Shown piece after piece: positions 11,801 to 18,470 of a stretch of DNA of 64,000 bases. Within the stretch, counting starts at the first letter, position 1. Every line of letters starts with the position of its first letter. Origin of the DNA: Myxococcales bacterium (GTDB lineage: Bacteria > Myxococcota_A > Bradymonadia > REDH01); the NCBI GenBank assembly GCA_947496715.1, contig CANMDT010000002.1, forward strand, positions 3,398 to 67,397. Direction: 5' to 3'. The notes under the pieces were generated by a model that worked only from the letters and a program-made list of their open reading frames with translations, had not been told where the DNA came from and made no database searches. Position numbers and translations under genes: made by a program.

Positions 11801-14278
11801 GTGGACGCCGGTGCCGCAGGCGCAGGCATCGCTGCAGCTGTCTTCATTGTCTGTGTTTCCATCGTCGCAGACCTCGGAGGCATCGAGGATGCCGTCGCCG
11901 CAGATGTGGGTCGCGCCCGCCGCGATGGTGCAGGTCGCGCTGCAGACAGCGCAGGAGGCCGCGCCGTAGGCGCACTCCTCGGTCACCGTGTTGCCGTCGT
12001 CGCAGCCATCCACGCCCGCCTGCTCCACGCCGTCGCCGCAGGTGGCAATTGTGCAGACAGTGGTGCAGGCGTCGGTGGCGTCCAGGTTGCCATCATCGCA
12101 GGCCTCGCCGGCCTCCACTGCGCTGTTGCCGCAACCGGCTGCCACGCATGCCCCCGCGAGCAGGCTGTAACCCGCATCACAGCCCGTCGCCGCACAGGCG
12201 GTGTAGTCGCTGCCCGTCCAGCTCTGCGTTGCCGTCGTCGCATTCGCGACGGAGCAGCTCAGCGTGTCGCTGGCGCAGGCGCCCGCCTCCACATGGTAGG
12301 TGGCATCGCAGGCAGTCGCCGTGCAGGCGCCATAGGCGCCCCCGGTCCAGCTCTCGAAGGCTGCAGTAGCGTTCGCCGCCACGCAGCTGCGGGCGTTGCT
12401 GGTGCAGACGCCGCTCTCCACATGGTAGCCTGCCCCACAGAGGCAGCTGTTGGAGCAACTGTCGTCATTGTCTGTGTTGCCGTCGTCGCAGAACTCGGCT
12501 GCATCCAGGGTGCCGTCGCCGCAGAGGTCGGTCTCGCCCGCCGCGCTAACGCAGGTCGCATTGCAAATGGTGCAGGAGGCCGCGCCATAGTTGCACTCTT
12601 CGGTCAGCACATTCCCATCGTCGCAGCCCTCTACACCCGCCTGCACCAGGCCGTCGCCGCAGGCGGCCACCGCGCAGCTGGCCGTGCAGCCATCGGTCGC
12701 CACCAGGTTGCCGTCGTCGCAGGCCTCGCCAGCCTCCACCACGCTGTTGCCGCATCCGGCCGCAACGCAGGTTCCGTTGGAGAGGGTGAATGCACCGTAA
12801 CAGGCGCTGGCCACGCAGCTGTTCCAGCTGCTGCCGTTCCAAGTCTGGTCGCCCGCGCCGCCCGTCAGCAAGCAGCTCCGCGCGTCGCTCGCGCAGGCGC
12901 CGCTCTCTACATGGTAGCCCGTATCGCAGCTGCTGGGCGCGCAACTGCTCCAGGCCGAACCGAGCCAGGTCTGGCTCCCCGCGCCGTCGGCGAGGGTACA
13001 ACTCCGCGTGTCGAGCTCGCAGGCGCCGCTCTGCGCGTGGTAGCCGGCGTTGCAGCCCGTGAGGGAGCAGCTTCCCCAGGCACCGGCATTGTAGGTGCGG
13101 CTTCCCGTACCGTTCGCCACCGCGCAGGCGCCGGTGTTCGACACGCAGTCGCCACCCTCGAGGTGATGGGTGGGAAGGCAGCCCGACGCCGTGCAGGCGC
13201 CATACTCAGCGCCGGTCCATGTCTCCGTTGCGGCGGTAGCGTCGGCAGACGAGCAGGAGCGGGTGTCGCTCGCGCAGCTGCCGCTCTCCATGTGGTAGCC
13301 GCTGTTGCAGCTCACGATGGCACATGCCGCCCAGCTGCCCGCGGCGTAGCTCTGGCTGCCGATCCCGTTGGTGATGGAGCAGGCGCGCATGTCGCTCGCG
13401 CAGGCACCACTCTCCACATGTTCGCCGCTCGGGCAGCCACCGGGTGAGCAGAGGCCGGCCGTGCAGGCCAGGTCGGCGGCGCAGTCAGCCGTGGCCGCAC
13501 AGCTCTGCCCCTGGGTGCGGCAGCCGAGCGCTTCGTCGGTGGCGCCGTCGCAGTCGTTGTCGAGGCCGTCACAGAGCTCCGTCACGTTGGCCACAACGCG
13601 ACCGGTGAAGGTAAAGTTGCTGCCCGACCGGGCAAAGACCCAGTTGCGGACGCCGGCATTGGCGGGCGCAGACGAGGCTGGGCCTAGGTCGCCATAGGCC
13701 CAGGAGCCGAGGCCGCTCGAGGCACCAGGGATCACATCTCCGTTCTGCACGCCAAACCCTGTTGAGGGGACCAGCGCCTGGATCTGGGCAAAGACCTGCG
13801 TTTGCGGTGATGTGTAGAAGGAGCGGACCGTGACCGCGCCGCAGAAGAGGGGCGAGGCCAGATAGCCTTCGCATGCAGCGTCGAGCCCCGTGGTCCCCGT
13901 CACGAGCTCGAGCGAGTTGGCAGGCCCGGAGCCGGCCACACCGTCCTGCACGATGCTGAGGGTGCAGAGCCCCTGCGCCAGCCGACGGAGTCTCGGGTCG
14001 GACGAGGCCGCGGGATCGAGCTTCGTGAGGACCATCGCGCCATTGGCGGTTACGGTGCCGCGGAACTCCGCGAGCGTCAGCAGCCCAGACAGTGGCTCGG
14101 TAGCGGCCTCTGCAGAGGCGTCGCCCTGCCCGCCGTCTGGCAGCAGGATCGCCGCGTCGGGGATGAAGAGCCCACCATCGGGCGCCGTTGGCAGCGCGGC
14201 GGTAGGAGCCTCATCCTGAGCGCAGGCGCCGAGGAGGAGAGCAAAGGGCAGGAGGCGTGCAACAGAGCGCAGCAGCAT
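5888..14278 (-). CDS. Giant secreted lipoprotein (2796 aa). Four tandem FGE-sulfatase (SUMF1 / formylglycine-generating-enzyme family) domains are each preceded by Cys-rich ~35-aa repeats. N-terminal region carries Myxococcus-type cysteine-rich repeats.
   Basis: Signal peptide with lipobox LLGAC. Four copies of the FGE-family signature (…GYRLPTESEWEYAARGG… / …NSFGLxDMLGNVWEWTxDW… / …RGGSW…GFRL…). Many 'CxxGYHxExGACxSDTRSC' repeats. CGDGxxxxGxExCDDGN myxobacterial Cys-rich repeats. CDGLDNDCDGATDE motif. Confidence 0.85.
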   Translation of the reverse strand: MLLRSVARLLPFALLLGACAQDEAPTAALPTAPDGGLFIPDAAILLPDGGQGDASAEAATEPLSGLLTLAEFRGTVTANGAMVLTKLDPAASSDPRLRRLAQGLCTLSIVQDGVAGSGPANSLELVTGTTGLDAACEGYLASPLFCGAVTVRSFYTSPQTQVFAQIQALVPSTGFGVQNGDVIPGASSGLGSWAYGDLGPASSAPANAGVRNWVFARSGSNFTFTGRVVANVTELCDGLDNDCDGATDEALGCRTQGQSCAATADCAADLACTAGLCSPGGCPSGEHVESGACASDMRACSITNGIGSQSYAAGSWAACAIVSCNSGYHMESGSCASDTRSCSSADATAATETWTGAEYGACTASGCLPTHHLEGGDCVSNTGACAVANGTGSRTYNAGAWGSCSLTGCNAGYHAQSGACELDTRSCTLADGAGSQTWLGSAWSSCAPSSCDTGYHVESGACASDARSCLLTGGAGDQTWNGSSWNSCVASACYGAFTLSNGTCVAAGCGNSVVEAGEACDDGNLVATDGCTASCAVAACGDGLVQAGVEGCDDGNVLTEECNYGAASCTICNATCVSAAGETDLCGDGTLDAAEFCDDGNTDNDDSCSNSCLCGAGYHVESGVCTSNARSCVAANATAAFESWTGGAYGACTATACDATYHVEAGACASDTLSCSVANATTATQSWTGSDYTACAATGCDAGYSLLAGACVAAGCGNSAVEAGEACDDGNLDATDACTTVCTIATCGDGVEQAGVDGCDDGNTVTEECAYGAASCAVCSATCTIAAGATHICGDGILDASEVCDDGNTDNEDSCSDACACGTGVHLEGGLCTSDTRSCLLANGEGTEQWTGNSYNGICTLESCNDGYHIAVDSCEADELSCTLANATAATRSWDSDTESYGSCTATACAASYHLESAACVANVRVCTLANGTATETWNSDTSSYGSCTPGICNSGYHVESGACLSNSRDCSLANASVATETWTGSAYGACTATTCASGYILSAGACGLQPIIGNSCTANAQCATGFCATGPAGTANDRCAPTGMNFIPAETFTMGSPATEVGRVADETQHSVTISRSFFMNLTEVTQGEWKALSGGLNPSWFQSTTVTTQSTANANNAGPAENMDWYAAVAFANARSAAEGLASCYTLAGCTDVANGWKDGIHSGCTGATFSGLTCTGYRLPTESEWEYAARAGTATATYGGNLSGTVTNCTTAQANLAGIAWWCINAGGRTQAVGGKTANSFGLYDMLGNLWEWTADWYGTYPGTVTDPLGATTGVYRVYRGGSWQYIATGEKAAFRAWGNGAPVNRFNTLGFRLSRTVARGCAALPANATAAIEAATATDWGACEATACSASYHLEGGACLSDTRNCSLPNATLATQAWNSATSAYGSCTVTTCATSYHLEGVACLSDTRSCSPLPANTTAGTQTWNSGTSAYGSCNATTCAATYHVEDGACLSDTLSCTPLPDNATASAQSWNSVTSSYGTCNATACDATYHVEGGACLSDTRSCSPLPANTTSGTQTWTGIAYGSCTATACASGYDVNLGVCSLGSSVGTSCTANAECASGVCATGPAGTENDRCAPTGMNYIPAGTFTMGSPSTEVGRAINETQHSVTLTRSFFMGQTEVTQGQWKAISGGTNSSCFQSTTGTACTTSNANNLGPAEYLDWYAALAFANAKSAAEGLTACYTLTGCTDAANGWKDGIHTGCTAASFAGLTCRGYRLPTESEWEYAARGGTTTATYLGNLSGTVTGCTTAQANLDGIAWWCKNAGSRTQAVGGKTANSFGLSDMLGNVWEWTGDWNGTYPGTVTDPLGVTTGTRRVARGGSYFYSASNARAAFRVDGAPGGRTGDVGLRLARTVTRGCAVLPANATTAVEAANSTGWGACEVTACAASYHLEGGACLSNTRTCSPMPANTTAATQTWNSATRAYGSCTATTCATSYHVEGGACLSDTRTCSPMPANTTAGTQTWTGSAYGSCTATTCASSYNVVAGACIGSLGAACTLSAQCASGFCATGPTGTANDRCAPTGMNYIPAGTFTMGSPSTERGRVADETQHSVTLSRSYFMNQTEVTQGQWKALSGGLNPSFFQSTLVRTQSTANANDSGPAEYMDWYAAAAFANARSAAEGLTACYALTGCTDAANGWKDGIHSGCSGATFSGLTCTGYRLPTESEWERAARAGTATATYLGNLSSTVTNCTRSQTYLDGIAWWCKTSGSRTQAVGLKAVNSFALSDMLGNVFEWTGDWYGTYPGTVTDPTGPSTGSERLRRGGAWLYSANQERAAFRSRGAPSNRVNTLGLRLARTVTRSCAALPANATAAVEAANATGWRSCEATACAASYHLEGGACLSDTRTCSPMPANTTAGTQSWNSATSAYGSCTATTCATSYHVEGGACLSDTRSCSLANATVATETWNSGTSVYGSCTATTCAATYHVEGGACLSNTRSCSTLPANTTAGTQTWTGSVYASCIASACASGYEVNVGVCSFGSFVGTSCTLNTECASGNCATGPTGTANDRCAPIGMNYIPAGTFTMGSPSTEVGRYTDETQHSVTISRRFFMGQTEVTQGQWKALSSGTNPSFFQSTTGTVQTTTNANDSGPVEYLDWYAALAFANAKSAAEGHASCYTLTGCTDAANGWRDGIHSGCTGATFAGLTCTGFRLPTESEWEYAARGGTTTATYLGNLSGATTDCTTAQANLESIDWWCINSGNRSRTVGGKTANSFGLFDMLGNVWEWTGDWYNVTYPGTVTDPLGASTGSARAFRGGSWSNPSRYARAGGRYSGAPTIRYGNLGLRLARTVP
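5900..11400. repeat. Four imperfect tandem DNA repeats (~1.4-1.6 kb each) inside the giant gene, one per FGE-domain module
   Basis: Alternative-frame minus-strand ORFs beginning at ~6584, ~7950, ~9389 and ~11009 give near-identical translations (MEG…QPLLLPVH.RH.T.H.QRQ…). This shows nucleotide-level periodicity. The protein has four FGE modules. Confidence 0.75.
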
Positions 14279-14284
14279 GGGAGA

Positions 14285-14495
14285 TCTTCCAGAGGCATGG
14301 TCCTAGCGCGCGAGCGAAAGCCAGATTGTAAATGAGGATTGGCTTACAAACGTAACCGAAAGGTCATACGGAATCAAAAAAGGAGCGCCGAGATAGTTTG
14401 ATCGTCCGCAGTCTCGAATCAGATAAAATCTAGAATGACTCTCGAAATGTGTGTTCGAAAATCTAACAAATGTATGTAATTTTCCATTCTATCGT
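14285..14495 (-). promoter_or_regulatory. AT-rich island (GC far below the ~70% background), presumed promoter/leader of the giant gene. Contains inverted repeat TTGTAAatgaggattggcTTACAA (14326-14349).
   Basis: Lies directly upstream of the minus-strand start at 14278. The compositional contrast is visible by eye (…gtaaatgaggattggcttacaaacgtaaccgaaaggtcatacggaatcaaaaaagg…). Confidence 0.45.
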
Positions 14496-14498
14496 GGC

Positions 14499-14578
14499 TC
14501 CTTCAGAGCGCATCCATACCCAACATCCCATTCCCAGGGTTGCACCCCGGGCTGGTAGGCGTTGACCCTTTGGGTCAA
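14499..14578. mobile_element. MITE-like element, copy 3 (right-hand ~80 bp only; left part missing at the junction with the AT-rich island)
   Basis: …cttcagagcgcatcca…cccagggttgcaccccgggctggtaggcgttgaccctttgggtcaa matches the right half and right inverted repeat of copies 1 and 2. Confidence 0.5.
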
Positions 14579-14616
14579 ACGGGACCCGGCGCTCTTCGCA
14601 GCTCAGCCTAGGCGAC

Positions 14617-14798
14617 GGCGCCTCCTTCGTGGCAGTCGATGTGACCGACGAGGCCCGCATGAAAACCACCGTCCCCAACCCCAGCCGGCTCGGCAAGCCC
14701 GATGAGTATGCCCAGCTGGCCTGTGCCATCATCGACAACGGCTACCTCAACGGCGAGGTCATCCGCCTCGATGGCGCGCTCCGGATGCCGCCGCGGTA
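14617..14798 (+). pseudogene. Second copy of the internally deleted SDR gene fragment
   Basis: [17 protein letters not shown]|[43 protein letters not shown] shows the same internal deletion junction as 5309-5491. Confidence 0.7.
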
Positions 14799-14858
14799 GG
14801 GCAACGCGTACCGCAGTTCTTGCGAACCGCCGAGTTCGACAGGTAAACTGCGGGCGCC

Positions 14859-17800
14859 ATGACGACCCCTGTACATTTTGGACCCTTTCTGGTGCGCGAG
14901 CGGATCGGTGTAGGCGGCTTCGGCGAAATCTACCGCGCGGTGCATCAGGAGGCTGGCCTCGAAGTGGCGATCAAGGTTGTGACTGCGGAAGTAGCGCGTC
15001 ATCCATCATATCTGAATGATTTTCGTAGGGAAGTTCGTGCCGTGGCCGGGCTGGACCACCCGAATATCGTTCAGGTCTTTGACTACGGCACCATCCCTTC
15101 GAAGGCCGCCGCTGCACTCCCAAGACTGGTCGCTGGTAGCCCCTATCTCGTGATGGAGCTCGCTTCGGGTTCCGTAGCCGACCTGCCGATGCCAATGGCA
15201 TGGCAGACCTGCAGGATGCTCCTCCACGACCTGCTCTCTGCGCTCGGCCATGCCCATTCGAGGGGACTGGTTCACCGAGACATCAAGCCTGGAAACACGC
15301 TACTCGTCGATGGACGCGAAGGACGCATCGTCAGGCTCTCTGACTTTGGCATCGCCCAGAACTGGGGAGTCAAGGATGGCGGCGTTGAGCTGGACGCTGC
15401 GGTAGGCACCCCGTTTTACATGGCTCCGGAGCAGTTCGCCGCGCGCTGGCGCGACTTCGGCCCCTGGACCGACCTTTATCAGGTCGGAATCTTCGCCTTC
15501 GAGATGGCCTTTGGAGTGTACCCCTTTCAAGCTGACACCTTCATGGGTTTCGGGCTGCAGCACCTTCGCGCACCGCTGCCGCGCATGCCGGTTCCCGCCG
15601 GCTACCCGGCAGGTTTTGGTGACTGGCTCCAGACGATGTGCGCGAAGGAGACCCGAAGGCGCTTCGCCTCTGCGGCAGAAGCTGGTTGGGCGCTCGCAGC
15701 ACTGGAGGACATGGGGCGGCCCGAGCCAGACGCGGAAGGCCGCGGGCGCACGGAGTTTGGCGTGTTTCGCAGGAGACGCGCAGACTTGGGTGCCTTCGAG
15801 GCGACACTGGGAGGTAGGATCGACGGCGGCGGCCAAACGCTGATGTTCGATCCGTCACTCACCGACAGCCTTGCAGATCATCCTGTCCAACAGGAACCGA
15901 CGACCCATGGGATTCCGTGGCAGCCGGCGCCGATCGAGGGGCAGACGGGAAGCGCGGGCGCCCGTCTCGGCAGCGTCGGTGCGGGACTCTTCGGGCTGCG
16001 AACCATCCCCATTGTGGGTCGAGAGGCAATTCAACAGCAGTTGTGGGCGGCGCTGCGGAAGCGACACCTCAAGCGAGAGCCTGCCGCGGCGCTGCTTGGA
16101 GGCAGCGCGGGCGTTGGCAAGAGCAGACTCGCAGCGTGGCTCACCGACTCTGCCACGGAGCTGGGATTGGCATCATCCGTGGTCATCCGGAGCGGTCCCG
16201 AAGAGGGCAGCGGCCTGCTGGGCCGGACCGTGGCCGAACGCTACCGCTGCAATGGGTTGAAGCGGCTGGAGGCACGGCTTCGTTTGGAGCAAGTGCTCGC
16301 GGAAGAGGGTGTTACGGATCGTGCAGAGGTTGAGGGTCTGGTTGCTCTCGTGAGCGAGGGCCTTGCGGGAGTCGAACCGCCAGAAAGCAGCGCACGAACC
16401 ATCAGGTTCGGTAGCCCGCTCGAACGACAGGCGGTCTTTGAACAGCTGCTGAGACGAGCCGCTGCGCGACAGCCGGTTCTGGTCTGGCTGGATGATGCCC
16501 ACTTCGGCGGAGAAGCACTCGCAGCCATGGTTTCCATTGCGCGTCAGGCACGAGACCTTCCCCTGCTCACCCTGGTCACCTTCCGCGAAGACCTGCTCGA
16601 AGACCGACCGGTTGAACGGGCGCTGCTCGAGGAGCTGGCAGCGCACTCCGCGAGCACGACCATCATCGTGCCGCCTCTGGATGAAGAGGCGCAACATGAG
16701 CTGGTCGCTCGGATGCTGGGGCTGAGTGGAGCGCTGGCGGCGAGTATCCGAATGCGTGCAGCTGGCAACCCCCTGTTCGCGGTGCAGCTTGTCGGCGATC
16801 TCATCGCGCGAGGCGAGCTTGTTGGCAGGCCAGGCGGCTTCTCGCTGCGAACCGGGATAACGCTCCGACTCCCGAACGATGTTCGTTCACTTTGGCTCGG
16901 CCGCATCGAGCAGGTCGTGTCGGAATCGGGACCCGATGTGAAGGTTGCGCTGGAGCTTGCGGCCCTGCTCGGTGTCAGTGTCGACGGTCAGGCGTTCGCA
17001 GAGCTGAGCCGGCGTGTGGGGCTGATCGACGGTTCAGCGCTTCTGGGCTCGGTCGCGGGCACCGGTCTGATCGAACAGACCTCGGTCGGTTGGCGCCTCG
17101 CGCACCCGCTCCTGCGGGACACTCTCGAGCGCGAGGCGCGGACCCGGATCGACTGGATGGACTGGAACCACGCCTGCGCGGAGGCGCTCACTACCATCTA
17201 CGATCGGGGCATGCGTGGCCTATCCGCGCGGCGGGCAGGCTACCTCGCCGAGGCCCTTGCGTGGGACGAGGCACTAGAGGCGATCACAGAGGCCGTAGCA
17301 GAGGCACTTCACGCGGGTGAGACACTACCCATCCCGGAGCTGCTCGACCGGCAATCCGAGATTTTGGACGCGCTCCGAGTGCCGAGCTGTGATCCTCGTC
17401 GGGCAGAGGCGCTGTTGACGCGGGCAGAGGCCTACCGGCTGCAGTGGAACTTCGGTGCAGCGGCAGAGTGGGCTGACCTTGCGCTGGCGGCGGCAGACCG
17501 CGCAAGCAGCCCCCGGCTGCGGGGCGAAGCCTACCTTTGTCGAATGCACATCGCACGCCAGCAGGGTGACAGCGGGCAGGCAGAGGTTCTTGCCACGGAG
17601 GCGCTGACGACCTTCCGCACCTTGGACGACGGCCGCGGCCTCGGACGCACCTATCTCGGCTTGGCCATTCTGCTCCGGACGCAGGGCCGTATCACGGAGG
17701 CCTTGGGAAACTACGAGCGCGCCCTGGCAGAGTTTGTCGAGATTGGTGACGAAGTGAGCGCGGCGCGCTGCCGGCTCGGGGTGGCCCACCTGCATCGCGG

Positions 17801-18401
17801 TCAGGGCAGGCATCGACAAGCATTGGCACTCTATGAAACTGCGCTCGAGAGGTTTGAATGCGAAGGGGTCCGGAACGAGGTGATTCAGGCGCGGGTGGGG
17901 CTCGCAGAGGTCGCCCGCTTTGAAGGTCGCCTCGAGGAGGCTCGGCAGGCCTACGAAGAAGCGCTAGGGCTTCAGCGAGCGATTGGGGATCGGAGCCTTT
18001 CGATCACCCGCTGCAACCTTGCGCTGGTCGCACTTTCGCAGCGTCAGTTTGCTGTTGCTCGCCGGCAGCTCGAACTGGCGGAGACCGAGATGATTCAGGC
18101 CGGACAGCGCGGGACACTGGTCTATGTGCAGGTCTTGCTGCTGGCCTGCATCGCCGCAGCGGGTGAAAAGGCGCTCTGGGAGCGACAGCTTGCAGCGGCA
18201 GCGAAGGCGTTGGAAGAGACCGGAACGGTGGACCTGGACCTTGCAAAGGCGCTGGAACTGGCCGGCGCATTGATGATGGAGCGAGGTCTGAAGGCACGAG
18301 CCAGAGATGGCTGGCGGCTCGCGCTAGCCCAGTTCAAGAAGCTGGAGGACGAAAAGGGCGCGGCCCGGATCGGACTGCTGCTCGTCTCGACGGAAAGCTG
18401 A
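14859..18401 (+). CDS. Ser/Thr protein kinase fused to a STAND-type P-loop ATPase and C-terminal TPR repeats
   Basis: Kinase glycine loop GVGGFGEIY, catalytic HRDIKPGN, DFG. P-loop GGSAGVGKSRL near aa ~410. Multiple TPR-like repeats at the C-terminus (…ALGNYERALAEF… / …ALALYETALERF…). Confidence 0.9.
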   Translation: MTTPVHFGPFLVRERIGVGGFGEIYRAVHQEAGLEVAIKVVTAEVARHPSYLNDFRREVRAVAGLDHPNIVQVFDYGTIPSKAAAALPRLVAGSPYLVMELASGSVADLPMPMAWQTCRMLLHDLLSALGHAHSRGLVHRDIKPGNTLLVDGREGRIVRLSDFGIAQNWGVKDGGVELDAAVGTPFYMAPEQFAARWRDFGPWTDLYQVGIFAFEMAFGVYPFQADTFMGFGLQHLRAPLPRMPVPAGYPAGFGDWLQTMCAKETRRRFASAAEAGWALAALEDMGRPEPDAEGRGRTEFGVFRRRRADLGAFEATLGGRIDGGGQTLMFDPSLTDSLADHPVQQEPTTHGIPWQPAPIEGQTGSAGARLGSVGAGLFGLRTIPIVGREAIQQQLWAALRKRHLKREPAAALLGGSAGVGKSRLAAWLTDSATELGLASSVVIRSGPEEGSGLLGRTVAERYRCNGLKRLEARLRLEQVLAEEGVTDRAEVEGLVALVSEGLAGVEPPESSARTIRFGSPLERQAVFEQLLRRAAARQPVLVWLDDAHFGGEALAAMVSIARQARDLPLLTLVTFREDLLEDRPVERALLEELAAHSASTTIIVPPLDEEAQHELVARMLGLSGALAASIRMRAAGNPLFAVQLVGDLIARGELVGRPGGFSLRTGITLRLPNDVRSLWLGRIEQVVSESGPDVKVALELAALLGVSVDGQAFAELSRRVGLIDGSALLGSVAGTGLIEQTSVGWRLAHPLLRDTLEREARTRIDWMDWNHACAEALTTIYDRGMRGLSARRAGYLAEALAWDEALEAITEAVAEALHAGETLPIPELLDRQSEILDALRVPSCDPRRAEALLTRAEAYRLQWNFGAAAEWADLALAAADRASSPRLRGEAYLCRMHIARQQGDSGQAEVLATEALTTFRTLDDGRGLGRTYLGLAILLRTQGRITEALGNYERALAEFVEIGDEVSAARCRLGVAHLHRGQGRHRQALALYETALERFECEGVRNEVIQARVGLAEVARFEGRLEEARQAYEEALGLQRAIGDRSLSITRCNLALVALSQRQFAVARRQLELAETEMIQAGQRGTLVYVQVLLLACIAAAGEKALWERQLAAAAKALEETGTVDLDLAKALELAGALMMERGLKARARDGWRLALAQFKKLEDEKGAARIGLLLVSTES

Positions 18402-18470
18402 GGAGAAAGCTTGGCCACGCAGCGAACCGGCGTGCTAGAACCCCTCCAACAGGCTCTGCAGGTGAGGACG

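Noticed and set aside
6362-13447. Many 100-680-aa ORFs on both strands inside the giant gene (e.g. 11405-13447, 9791-11350, 7835-8803, 9405-11009, 7611-9389)
   Set aside because: These are alternative-frame or antisense artefacts of a long high-GC gene. The minus-strand ones were useful only as evidence of nucleotide periodicity.
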